Positions 28,554-38,074 of a DNA stretch of 64,000 bases are shown here, piece by piece. The DNA comes from Candidatus Latescibacterota bacterium (GTDB lineage: Bacteria > Latescibacterota > UBA2968 > UBA8231): positions 1,376,001 through 1,440,000 of the forward strand of contig CBDFJF010000001.1 of the NCBI GenBank assembly GCA_965248265.1. Direction: 5' to 3'. Within the stretch, counting starts at the first letter, position 1; each line of letters begins with the position of its first letter. The translations under genes and the position numbers were made by a program. Below the pieces are notes generated by a model. That model saw only the letters and a list, made by a program, of their open reading frames with translations. It was not told where the DNA came from and did no database searches.

Positions 28554-30005
28554 ATGCGCAAGGAGCTGTTCATCGACGATCGCTTCATCGCTGAAATGGA
28601 CGCCCTGACACGCCGGTTTCACCAGGCAGAGCCGCACACCGACAATCCGGTGATTCATGCGGATCGTCCCTGGGAGAGGGATGCCGCGTTCGTCGATACT
28701 GGCCTCGTAATCTTCGATGAAGACGAGGGGTTGTTCAGAGCGTGGTACCAGGGTGGCAACTGCTATGGGCCGGACGACCGATCCTGCATGTGCTACGCCG
28801 TGTCCGAGAATGGGGTCCTTTGGGAGAAACCGAATCTGGGTCTGATCGAATTCGAAGGCAGCACCGACAACAACATCGCACTGTTGGCGGATTGCATGAT
28901 GCATGATCCGGCGGTGATCATCGACCACAGAGATCAGGACCCGGCGCGCCGCTACAAGGCGACCTGGTGGGGCGGCCGCAGAGACTCCAGTCAACCGGAT
29001 GGTTGGCTGTTGGGGCACTGTGTCGGCTTTTCACCGGATGGTGTCGAGTGGATGGAGCATCCGGACAACCCGGTGTGGCCCAGCGATGCAGAGGTCGGGA
29101 CGCCCTTCGATCTGTCCCGCAGCGACGGCAAGCTGGTGATGTACAGCAGCGCCGACGGCCACGGCATACGGGTGGTGGGGCGCACCGAGTCCGACGACTT
29201 CGTCCAATGGGATCTGCCCCCCGATCTGGTGTTCGGTTATGACGAGGAGGATGAGCCCGGGACCGAATTCGGAGGGCTGGCCGCCGTCGACTATCACGGC
29301 ACCCACATCGGCATGCTTTGGGTAATCAGGAACCGCCCCGGTTTTTCGCGAGCGGAATGGAAGGAAATTGTCGATCGCAATATTCGTCAGGGTTTCCTGG
29401 GACCACCTATCCAGATGAATGCGGCTGCATGCCGCACGATTCACACTGAACTGGTCGTCAGCAGCGACGGCAAGAGTTGGCAGCGCGTTGATCGCGACTC
29501 CTTGTTCATCGACCTGGGCGCAGAGGCGACCTGGGACGAGTGTCACTCGCTCGCCGGTCGCCCGTTCGTGCACGACGACAGGATCTGGATTTACTACACC
29601 GGCTGTGGGCGCAACAGCCCGACGCCGGGAGCGACTGAGCCCGAGCAGATCGGTGAATGGAGCATCGATACGGGGTTGGCTACATTGCGGCTCGACGGCT
29701 TCGCGTCGCTGCATGCGGCCGGCGAGGGCGAGGTGCTGACTCAGCCGTTCGAGCTGCAAGACAGTAAGTTGACCGTGAACGCGGATGCGGCAGGCGGCGA
29801 AGTGCGGATGGCCCTGTTGGACGCCAGTGGGGAGACCCTGCCCGGATTTGGTCTCGTCGAAGCTCAGGCGATATGCGGTGACCATTTGCGGGCCCCGACA
29901 GTGTGGCAGGGCGAGTCTGACTTGAGTGGATTGCGCGGGCAGACGGTACAGCTGCGAATCTGCTTGAAGAATGCCGACCTTTATTCAATTTCTAACACGG
30001 AATAG
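28554..30005 (+). CDS. GH32-like beta-propeller with C-terminal beta-sandwich
   Basis: RBS AAGGAGG; ELFIDD, NPVI...PWE, YAVSENGVLWEKPNLG, LRLDGFAS, LTVNAD, ADLYS. Confidence 0.78.
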   Translation: MRKELFIDDRFIAEMDALTRRFHQAEPHTDNPVIHADRPWERDAAFVDTGLVIFDEDEGLFRAWYQGGNCYGPDDRSCMCYAVSENGVLWEKPNLGLIEFEGSTDNNIALLADCMMHDPAVIIDHRDQDPARRYKATWWGGRRDSSQPDGWLLGHCVGFSPDGVEWMEHPDNPVWPSDAEVGTPFDLSRSDGKLVMYSSADGHGIRVVGRTESDDFVQWDLPPDLVFGYDEEDEPGTEFGGLAAVDYHGTHIGMLWVIRNRPGFSRAEWKEIVDRNIRQGFLGPPIQMNAAACRTIHTELVVSSDGKSWQRVDRDSLFIDLGAEATWDECHSLAGRPFVHDDRIWIYYTGCGRNSPTPGATEPEQIGEWSIDTGLATLRLDGFASLHAAGEGEVLTQPFELQDSKLTVNADAAGGEVRMALLDASGETLPGFGLVEAQAICGDHLRAPTVWQGESDLSGLRGQTVQLRICLKNADLYSISNTE

Positions 30006-30050
30006 AGCTAGTGCCGGTAACACGGCAATAGAAGTCGAAAGGAATCTCCG

Positions 30051-30977
30051 ATGTCAGATCAAAGCGATACCGCCACCGGGCTGACGAAGCAGGAACTCAT
30101 CGATGGCCTCCATGAGATCGGCCTGAAGCAGGGAGACGTCGTGCTCATTCACACCGCCATGCGCACCTTCGGCCACATCGATGGCGGTGCGACCACCGTC
30201 ATGGACGCGTTTCTCGAAGTCCTGGGACCGCGCGGGACGTTGGTCGCCCCGGCGTTCACGTTCTGCCACGAGGCAGAGGAGGATCCAATCATCGATCCGC
30301 GTCAGGACCCGTCGGAGATGGGGGCAATCACCGAAGCCGTGCGCCAGCATCCCGAGGCGTTGCGCAGCACGGCCTACCGCCACAGTTTTTCGGCCATCGG
30401 TCGGCGCGCTCGAGTGATTACCGAAGTGGACCCGGCGCTGTCGTCGTTCGACCTGCGTTCCAGTTTCGGTGTGATGCTGGCCCTCGACACACAGGTCATC
30501 CTCTGCGGCATGACCTACCAAAGCTCCACCAGTCATCACTTCGCGGAGATGGTCTGTGACGTGTCCTACCGCCAGACGATTCCGCTGACCGTCAAGGTGA
30601 GGCAGGCCGACGGCAGCCTCATCGACCAACCGATGACGGACTATCAACCCAAGAGCGAGGGCGGTTCCTACTACGGCTCCCGGCATCCGGACTTCATTCG
30701 CCTCGGACAGATGATGGAAGAGCGCGGCGTGGTCGGCAAAGCCTTCATCGGCAATGCCGCGGTCAGGCGCTTTCCGATGCGGGAACTGGTCGGTCTGGCC
30801 GAGGCCGAGGCGGCCGTGGACGAGAACATCTTTTGCGCACAGGAGGGGCAGGAAGGCACATCCCCTCTCACCTTCGGCACCAAAACCCAGAGTCCCGAGA
30901 TGATGGACGGGGCCGGCCGGGCGGTACGCTTCGAGTGGTGCGTCCGCGACGTCGACGAGCTGGTGTTACCTCAATAG
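30051..30977 (+). CDS. AAC(3)/YokD-family N-acetyltransferase
   Basis: GDVVLIHT, GTLVAPAFT, MGAITE, SFSAIG, TSHHFAE. Confidence 0.85.
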   Translation: MSDQSDTATGLTKQELIDGLHEIGLKQGDVVLIHTAMRTFGHIDGGATTVMDAFLEVLGPRGTLVAPAFTFCHEAEEDPIIDPRQDPSEMGAITEAVRQHPEALRSTAYRHSFSAIGRRARVITEVDPALSSFDLRSSFGVMLALDTQVILCGMTYQSSTSHHFAEMVCDVSYRQTIPLTVKVRQADGSLIDQPMTDYQPKSEGGSYYGSRHPDFIRLGQMMEERGVVGKAFIGNAAVRRFPMRELVGLAEAEAAVDENIFCAQEGQEGTSPLTFGTKTQSPEMMDGAGRAVRFEWCVRDVDELVLPQ

Positions 30978-30991
30978 GGCGGCAGAACGCT

Positions 30992-32221
30992 ATGTGGCAG
31001 ATCGGCACCCCCATCACCGGCTATTACCACGGACCCGGGGGTGGGACAGACAGATGGGGTCCATTGACCCACGGGATGGCGGAGAAACTGGTCGATGGCG
31101 GATTCAACCTGGCCTGGGGGTGCACGGTCGAGGACCTCGACATCGCCCACGAGCACGGGTTGCGGGTAGATCTGATCGGCCTGTACACGACCGACCCCAC
31201 GGTCTTGGACGACCCCGACGCAAAGTCGCGGATGGACTCCGTCATCGACAGTGTGAAGGACCATCCTGCCCTGTATTCCTACAACGTCAGCGATGAGCCC
31301 AGCGCCCTCAGGTTTCCGGAGTTTGCCAGGCTGTTGGATTACTTCCGCGAGCGTGATCCCGACCATCTATCGTACATAAACCTGTTCCCGACTTACGCCA
31401 GCGCCGAGGCGTTGGGGACCGAGGGCGATACCACCGACGCGTACAGAGAACACCTGCGTCAGTACATACAGATCGTCAGGCCCGACCTCATCAGCTATGA
31501 CCACTACCAACTTCGCGCGGACAGGGATGACGAGGAGTACTTCCTCAACCTGGGGCTCGTACGCGAGGAGTCATTGAACGCCGGCGTGCCCTTCATCAAC
31601 GTCGTGCAGGCCTGTTCATTGGGCCCGACTCACCGCGTCCCCACCGGCGACGAGGGCAGGTACCTGGCCTACACCACGCTCGCCTACGGCGGCCAGGGAC
31701 TGTCGCAGTTCGTCTACTGGATCCGTGTCCCGGATTTCATCGGAGGAGGCGTTGCCGAATACGCCGATGGTCCGTTCAACGCTGAACGTGCCGCTGCCGA
31801 TGCCGCGGCGCCACTGACCCCGCTGGGGGAGGCGCTGCGTCAGATCAATCCGGAGTTTATCGCCGTCGCTGAACAGCTGCAGCCGCTCAGCTCGCTTGGT
31901 GTGTATTGCTCAGGGCGGGCACCCGCGGCGGTACCGGCCTTGCCGGCCGACAGTTTGTTCGGCCTTGATCCGATCGATGCGGCGGGAGACGGGAGCATCC
32001 TGTGGGGTTTCTTCTCCCCGTCCGCCGGCGATCCGACCCACGCTTTGGTCGTGAATCTGGACTACGAGCGCGAGGTCATGACAACCGCAGTCGGTCCCGC
32101 AGCCATGGAAGAGTTCGACGCCGAACGCGGGAGTTGGCACCCGGCTTCGGATGGCTCGCGTGCGCAGTTGAATATTGCTCCAGGCGGCGGCAGGCTTCTG
32201 CGCTTGAATGAGCGGACTTAA
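30992..32221 (+). CDS. TIM-barrel GH-like family A (copy 4), no signal peptide
   Basis: Begins directly at MWQIGTPITGYYHGPGGG, 14 bp after the upstream stop; same motif set as copies 1-3. Confidence 0.75.
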   Translation: MWQIGTPITGYYHGPGGGTDRWGPLTHGMAEKLVDGGFNLAWGCTVEDLDIAHEHGLRVDLIGLYTTDPTVLDDPDAKSRMDSVIDSVKDHPALYSYNVSDEPSALRFPEFARLLDYFRERDPDHLSYINLFPTYASAEALGTEGDTTDAYREHLRQYIQIVRPDLISYDHYQLRADRDDEEYFLNLGLVREESLNAGVPFINVVQACSLGPTHRVPTGDEGRYLAYTTLAYGGQGLSQFVYWIRVPDFIGGGVAEYADGPFNAERAAADAAAPLTPLGEALRQINPEFIAVAEQLQPLSSLGVYCSGRAPAAVPALPADSLFGLDPIDAAGDGSILWGFFSPSAGDPTHALVVNLDYEREVMTTAVGPAAMEEFDAERGSWHPASDGSRAQLNIAPGGGRLLRLNERT

Positions 32222-32227
32222 CCTCCC

Positions 32228-33217
32228 ATGCGCTTCGGCATCATCGGCTGCGGAGCCATCGCTTCCCAATCCTTCGCCCCGAGTCTCCTCAATTCCGAAC
32301 AGGTAGATCTCGTCGCCGTGTGCCGCCGCGACGGGATCAAGGCGAAGGAATTCGCCGAGCAGTTCGGCGGCTGTGCGGCCTACGACTCTGCCAATGCCCT
32401 GCTCGCCGGCCGGCAGGTTGAAGCCGTCATCGTCGCCACGCCTACCGACACGCACGCTGAGTACACCCTGGCGGCAGCGCAGGCGGGCAAGCATGTGCTG
32501 TGCGAGAAGCCGATGGCTCGCAGCGGTGACGAGTGCCGTCTCATGATCGTAGCCTGCAAGACGGCTGGGGTTACGCTCGGAGTCGCCTATCGCCGCCGGT
32601 TATTCCCACAGGTGCTGGCGGCGCAGGAGCTGATCGCCTCCGGTCGCATCGGCCGCGTCGTCTGCGTGCGCACCCATTACACCGGCTGGGGTGATCTGAC
32701 AGCGGATGCCTGGCGGCTGCAGCCGGAAATCGGCGGCGCCCTCATGGAGATGGCCGTGCATCGCATCGAGGTCCTCCTCAATCTGGCTCCAGCCGCGCCC
32801 GTCGACGTCAACGCACTAGTGGAGACCGTTCACCACACTTGGCCGGTCGACGACTCCGACGCCCTGTTGCTGCGCTTCGCCGATGGCACCATCGGCGTGC
32901 ATTCCACCATCATGACGTCGAGACCTCGTCACGACTACGCACAGATCGACGGCACGGAGGGTCGGATCATCATCGACCCCCTGGAGTGTGATGTCGATCA
33001 GATTGAGATTGAGACTCCCGAAGGACGCGAGGTTGTTTCGGTACGGCCGCTGGTGCGGCCCTACTTCGATCAACCGATGATCGAGGACTTTGCGCGCGCT
33101 GCGAAGGATGGCCGCCCGCCTGTGTGCGACGCGGAGACTGGGTACCGCGTGCAATCAGTCGCGGACGCGGCAAGGGAATCGGCAACCTCCGGTCGCCGCA
33201 TCACCCTGGACCTGTGA
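32228..33217 (+). CDS. Gfo/Idh/MocA family oxidoreductase
   Basis: GIIGCGAIA, VATP..H, GKHVLCEKP, GGALMEMAVH. Confidence 0.92.
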   Translation: MRFGIIGCGAIASQSFAPSLLNSEQVDLVAVCRRDGIKAKEFAEQFGGCAAYDSANALLAGRQVEAVIVATPTDTHAEYTLAAAQAGKHVLCEKPMARSGDECRLMIVACKTAGVTLGVAYRRRLFPQVLAAQELIASGRIGRVVCVRTHYTGWGDLTADAWRLQPEIGGALMEMAVHRIEVLLNLAPAAPVDVNALVETVHHTWPVDDSDALLLRFADGTIGVHSTIMTSRPRHDYAQIDGTEGRIIIDPLECDVDQIEIETPEGREVVSVRPLVRPYFDQPMIEDFARAAKDGRPPVCDAETGYRVQSVADAARESATSGRRITLDL

Positions 33218-33240
33218 CCGTCGACACTGAGCACTCCGCC

Positions 33241-33342
33241 GCTTGGCGCCGTAGTGCTCGGTCGCACACACAGCACCAAAGGCTCTCCCCGATACTCAAA
33301 AAGCTTCCCATTCTCCGGATGAATGCGGATCACATCAGACAT
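33241..33342 (-). pseudogene. Frameshifted, truncated 5' remnant of a GH-like gene
   Basis: RBS GGAG, then MSDVIRIHPENGKLFEYRGEPLVL; after a 1-nt shift in a TGTGTG run it reads CATEHYGA. The similarity ends just before the convergent gene end at 33217. Confidence 0.6.
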
Positions 33343-33361
33343 GGCTTCTCCAATACCGCTA

Positions 33362-34517
33362 GTGCTCTGTTAAGAAATCGAGCTTGTACTTTGTCGTAAG
33401 TCGTGGTATCATGGATACATATGGTGAATCCGTCAGGAGGGTCATGCTATGTGTCTCCATGCTCGTTCGCCGAACGCGGCGGAGTCTAAGGAACTGGGAC
33501 GGTGGCTGAAACGGCCTCGCAACGCCGTGCAGATGCGCCGTGGGCAGTTGATCTCGTTCAGCGCCCAGGGCATGCGCGTCCAGGAGATCTCGGATACACT
33601 GCATCTGCATGAGGAGTACGTTCGCCAGTTGATCCGCCAGTACAACGAAGGGGGATTGACGGTTTTGCGCACTCGGGCACGTCCGGGGCGTCCTTCGAAG
33701 TTGACGCCGGAGGACGAATCCGTGGTGGTGGAAATTGCCACGATGCCCCCCCGTGCATTCGGCCAGCCGTTCAACCAGTGGTCGTTGCGCAAGCTGACCG
33801 ACTGCCTGGTGGGACGGCAGATGATTCCCGAGGTTTCGCATGTGACCATCGGAAAAATCCTGGATCAACATAAGGTTACCTATCAACGGACGCGCACCTG
33901 GAAAGAATCAAAGGACCCGGAGTTTGTCTCTAAAAAAAACGCATCAGCCGACTCTACAAGCGGGCGCCGAAAGACACGGTCGTAGTCTGTTTCGACGAAC
34001 TGGGACCAGTCCAGATCAAGCCGCATGCCGGTGCTTCCTGGGCCCCACACAAGCGCCCGGTCCGGCATCGGGCAACCTATAGCCGCCACGGCGGCGTCAG
34101 CTATTTCTTTGGAGCCTATAACGTCCATGAGGACATCCTGTGGATGCATCACAAACCCAAGAAACATGCGTCGGTCGTACTCGATTTCCTCAAGGCCATT
34201 CGGCTCCGCTATCGCACGGCGGAGCGGATCTATGTCGTCATGGATAATCTGTCGACGCACAAGACACCGCCGATCTTGCAGTGGTGCCGACGAAACCGGG
34301 TCTCGCCGGTCTTCACCGCCACCAACGCGTCATGGATGAATCGGCTCGAATGTCACCTCACCGCAGCCCATTATTTCGTCATTAAAAACAGCGATCCCAA
34401 CGATCATCGAGAAGTCGGCCAGCGCATGCAGGAGTACCTGAGGTGGCGAAACAAGAACACGGACAACGCCAAGCTGGCCAAAGTCCAAAACTCAATGCCC
34501 ACTCTTTAACAGAGCAC
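33362..34517 (+). mobile_element. IS630-family insertion sequence (1156 bp)
   Basis: Terminal inverted repeats GTGCTCTGTTAA (33362-33373) and TTAACAGAGCAC (34506-34517); flanking TA duplication (33360-61, 34518-19); the reconstructed empty site is CTAG. Confidence 0.93.
33449..34509 (+). CDS. IS630 transposase, two ORFs joined by a -1 frameshift
   Basis: HTH ORF (RPGRP, WSLRKL, TWKESKDPEF). An A8 run at 33932-33939 leads to a -1 frame reading KRISRLY...CFDELGP...VMDNLSTH...WMNRLE (DDE triad). Confidence 0.9.
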
Positions 34518-34527
34518 TAGTGAGCGA

Positions 34528-35796
34528 TCATGGCCGGGGCCGCCGCTGCCACCGCGGCCAATCCACCTCTTCGCGATCGCTCTCAGCTTTGAGGGGGATC
34601 TCGTACAGATGCACGGCATACGGCGCGAAAGAATCTTCGAACACGCCTCCCGCGACATCGACCAGCCTGTTTTCGAAGCGCACGGCGGCACGGTCTGCGA
34701 GGCCGCGGTCGGGTACCGCAACCGTGAACCGGGCTTCGATCGGTGAATCGAAGCCGTTGACGGCAATCAGGAAGTACCCGCCCTCGGTCTGGTGCAGTGA
34801 GTGATGCAGGGCGGTGTATCCCATTGCCCCGGGTTCGGCGAAGCCTTCCACGATTTCCACCTGAATCGCCGCAGCCACCCGCGGCGCTACGATGTATGGC
34901 GTCAGCGTTCGCAACTCCGCCGTCAGGTCCGCCCACTGCGCCCAGTATGCCGGTCTGTCGGTCACCCACCACTCGCCATAGTGGAAGGCTTTGTAGATGA
35001 CGCCGCTGATGCCGTGCGTGACCGCCATGTAGGTCATGCAGCGGACCTCTGCGATGGTCGGATGGCGCTTGTTCTCTTCTCGTCCCCCCAGCCCCATCAT
35101 CTGTAACACCATCCACCCCGGGTTGCCCGCCCCGCCTTCAACCACGGCATCGGAGTATTGGGCAACCGAGACCAGGGGGTTCGCGGGAACCGGGCGCACC
35201 AGGTCGGATTGGATGTCTGCGACTACCCTATAATCTTGATGGTCCCTGAGCCGTCCGTAGGACAGCTCAACCCGCACCGGGTGAACCGGATCGAGCCTCT
35301 TGATCAACTCGTACGCGGGCACGAAGTCCTGAGGCGGCATCCTGTAGGGACGGTCGGCGTGCGGTGTATCCTCGTGCTCGGGTCCGCTGAGGCGCAAATC
35401 GGGCTCATGTTCCAACTCCCAGGTCAGCAGTCCGGGGGCGTCGCGACAGGCCAGGACGATCTGCTCCACCCGCTCCAGGCTCTCCCACACACCGTTGGTC
35501 AGTGATGCCGCCGCGTACATGCCGTTGGCATAGGCATCATCTATGTCCATCCGGAATGTCTGTGGGTCTGCCCCCAATCCGTGGGTGGTGGCCAGGTTGA
35601 AACCCTTCTCGCCCGCCTCGGGCAGGGAAAAGTGCCAGTGCGCCGCATGGTCTATGCCTACCGGGAAGAACGGCTTCCCGTTCACGAGGAGACCCTCAGG
35701 CCGGATCTCGACACTCGCCACCGGTGGCGGCGTGTCCGCCGCTAGCGGCAACCCGCTCAGCGCCATGATCCCATTGAGTACGGACGTCTTCATCAT
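34528..35796 (-). CDS. Secreted TIM-barrel GH-like protein (family E, copy 2)
   Basis: VNGKPFFPVG, LEHEPD, IKRLDPVH; collinear with 20599-21855, including the WPxWQRRP tail. Confidence 0.72.
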   Translation of the reverse strand: MMKTSVLNGIMALSGLPLAADTPPPVASVEIRPEGLLVNGKPFFPVGIDHAAHWHFSLPEAGEKGFNLATTHGLGADPQTFRMDIDDAYANGMYAAASLTNGVWESLERVEQIVLACRDAPGLLTWELEHEPDLRLSGPEHEDTPHADRPYRMPPQDFVPAYELIKRLDPVHPVRVELSYGRLRDHQDYRVVADIQSDLVRPVPANPLVSVAQYSDAVVEGGAGNPGWMVLQMMGLGGREENKRHPTIAEVRCMTYMAVTHGISGVIYKAFHYGEWWVTDRPAYWAQWADLTAELRTLTPYIVAPRVAAAIQVEIVEGFAEPGAMGYTALHHSLHQTEGGYFLIAVNGFDSPIEARFTVAVPDRGLADRAAVRFENRLVDVAGGVFEDSFAPYAVHLYEIPLKAESDREEVDWPRWQRRPRP

Positions 35797-37220
35797 CCCG
35801 ACTCCCAGGTTCGTTCGCAGCGGGCGTAGATCCCCCGCGCTTCGCCGTTACGCGTATCCAGGGCAACGGTCAGGCGGTTCGTGCCGTGCTTGGATACCAG
35901 GCGCAGCGACGTCGCGTCTTGAACCGCCGGACTGATTCCGGGGCCCTCGAAAACTTCCTGCCCGTTCCACCACACCCTCACCGGCCCATCGTAGCCGAGA
36001 TGGATATCGACGAGGTCCCAGGGGCCCACTTCGATGTCCTTGACGAAGTAGATGAGTCCGCCACGGCCGCCGATAACATTGCCGGCATCGATGAAGTTGT
36101 GGCCCGGTGTATGAGGGGTGCCGTCCTCCGGAATGCGTACTGGGCGGAACTTCAGTGCTCCAGAATCAGGATCTGGCTCAACAGCCTCCTCCAGACCTCG
36201 ATGGGCCTCCACCAGATCGCTGACCAGCATCTCATCGATGAACTCGGCTCCGAAAAGGACATCGGCAACGTAGATATCGGGCTTGACCCACTGATCTATC
36301 TTCGGGTCTTCGTTGGCGATGGCGTTGCTGTAGAAGCTCAAGGAAAACCGATGGCTGTTGTCCTCACGGCGGGCCACGCCCATGTAGGAGTTGTCCGGGT
36401 GCGGGCCGGTAGGCAGCACGCAGATCAGGAAGCATTCGCCGTCGATGACCCTGAAGATGCCGGTGTGCGCGGCATGGTCCTCTTGTGCGTGTATGCGGAT
36501 GTCGACCGGGTCCCAGCGGCCCGAGATGTAGACCTGGCCATCCACGGTCCAGCAGGCGGGACCGGTAATCCTGACGTCCAATTGCTGCATGTCCCAAGTT
36601 TCGAACGGGTACTGGCTGCGGCACAGTTTGGGTTTCTTCAACCCGGTCTCACACCGCATCAGCATGGTCGCCGTCCCGTCTGGCAGTATCTCCAGGTAGC
36701 ACTCGTTGGCCTGGTCCTCCTCTGAGTCGTTGATGGGGCGGACCTCGACCCAGTTGTGGCCATCTTCACTCTCGAACCAGTGCACCCCGTACCCTGGTGT
36801 GTACCGGCATCCGGCGCAGTAGTGCTTGCCGCGATGCCAGACGGGACGCCACAGGGCACAACCGTAGGTCCCCTCATAGGGCTCGAAGGGCGTCCAGTGA
36901 TCACCGTCCTCCGTGACCGCACAACCCGATACCACCGGGAGGTCGCCGATGGGATCCACGTAGCAGGTGCAGTACAACCTGCACCCGTCGGTGTATAGGT
37001 GAGCATCGCGCGTGTCAAAATGACCGCGCAGCACGGCTACCGTGTCCCAGGTGACCCCGGCGTCGCGGCTGCGCTGGACGATGACTCGACCGGAATCGTG
37101 CTCCCAGTGGACATCACCCTGGCGATAGCCGACGTAGAGATCCCCCTTGAACCAGCTCGCCCCCGTAAATGCATTGTGGTGGCGATCATTCGTTATGCGA
37201 CGAGTACTCAGAACCTTCAT
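35793..37220 (-). CDS. Beta-propeller (sialidase-like) protein with C-terminal beta-sandwich domain
   Basis: HNAFT, SRDAGVTW, TRDAHL, LWRP, DNSY; C-terminal LGYDGPVRVWWNG...GTNRL domain. Confidence 0.7.
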   Translation of the reverse strand: MKVLSTRRITNDRHHNAFTGASWFKGDLYVGYRQGDVHWEHDSGRVIVQRSRDAGVTWDTVAVLRGHFDTRDAHLYTDGCRLYCTCYVDPIGDLPVVSGCAVTEDGDHWTPFEPYEGTYGCALWRPVWHRGKHYCAGCRYTPGYGVHWFESEDGHNWVEVRPINDSEEDQANECYLEILPDGTATMLMRCETGLKKPKLCRSQYPFETWDMQQLDVRITGPACWTVDGQVYISGRWDPVDIRIHAQEDHAAHTGIFRVIDGECFLICVLPTGPHPDNSYMGVARREDNSHRFSLSFYSNAIANEDPKIDQWVKPDIYVADVLFGAEFIDEMLVSDLVEAHRGLEEAVEPDPDSGALKFRPVRIPEDGTPHTPGHNFIDAGNVIGGRGGLIYFVKDIEVGPWDLVDIHLGYDGPVRVWWNGQEVFEGPGISPAVQDATSLRLVSKHGTNRLTVALDTRNGEARGIYARCERTWESG

Positions 37221-37255
37221 AAAGATGGATCCTCCGTTGGCTGACTTAATAGCTA

Positions 37256-38074
37256 CTATTGTTTTGGCCGAATGTGCTGGTTCATTGCCCAGGCAGGATA
37301 ACTGTTGTAGAGCTCGACTCCAGGATAGGGTTGGCCCAGCGGTTGGGGAGGGACCATCATGCGACCGGTTGTCGGCCTCATGTCACTCATGACGTACCGC
37401 AGTCCCACCGACCTCATGGTGCGGGCGGATGGCACGTTCCAGGGTGCGGTGACGGCCATGACGAGCCGGCCGTTTTGCAATATCCAGCGTCCGGCCGCAC
37501 CTACAGTCGCTCGCCCCAGCCCGCGCCCCTTGGCTTGGGGAGCCGCCTCAACGCCGATTTCCCAGACCTTTTCGAAGGTCTGGTAGACCGTGGCCAGCGC
37601 CGCGAGCTCGTCGTCTTCGAAAATGCCGAATCCCATGACCGCGTCCTGTTGCGGGCAGTGCCAGAAAATGTCGAAGTCGACGGCCGTGGCCAGTTGATCT
37701 GGTGTGAGCTGGACAGGACGGTCGTCGTCGGGTGGATCAAAGCTGCGTTCGTCGCCTGCATAATACCAGCTTGGTCCCCAGACGCCTATTCCGTCGGGCA
37801 AGGTAACCCGTGCCATCTGGTAGGCACCGAGAATCGAGAACAGTTCTTCGGGAGCGAGGTGCTCAACCACCGCATGCAGTGGTTCCACCCATTGCTCGCG
37901 AGCGCTCACCACGCCACGGTCTCCTATCCTCACGGCCCACAGAGGACGCGCTTCGCTCTGTCGCTTTTCCCTCGCCACTACTGGAATGGGGTCGGCGTCT
38001 AGAGCGTCAAGGCCGACGCCCAACCTCTCCTCCAATTCAGTGCGCAGGGGCGGGAAGTCGTCGAGAGCAGTCAC
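37256..38074 (-). CDS. GNAT family acetyltransferase
   Basis: WEIGV...AKGRGLGR, NVPSARTMRSVGL. Confidence 0.8.
   Translation of the reverse strand: MTALDDFPPLRTELEERLGVGLDALDADPIPVVAREKRQSEARPLWAVRIGDRGVVSAREQWVEPLHAVVEHLAPEELFSILGAYQMARVTLPDGIGVWGPSWYYAGDERSFDPPDDDRPVQLTPDQLATAVDFDIFWHCPQQDAVMGFGIFEDDELAALATVYQTFEKVWEIGVEAAPQAKGRGLGRATVGAAGRWILQNGRLVMAVTAPWNVPSARTMRSVGLRYVMSDMRPTTGRMMVPPQPLGQPYPGVELYNSYPAWAMNQHIRPKQ

Noticed and set aside
30051-30977. Aminoglycoside resistance gene
   Set aside because: Only family-level AAC(3)/YokD motifs, a metabolic context, and no integron or cassette features.
7928-32221. Repeated DNA segments considered as a CRISPR array or DGR template/variable repeats
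   Set aside because: The repeats are in-frame parts of paralogous genes with no spacer periodicity. Mismatches are not clearly adenine-specific, and no cas or reverse transcriptase gene is in the window.
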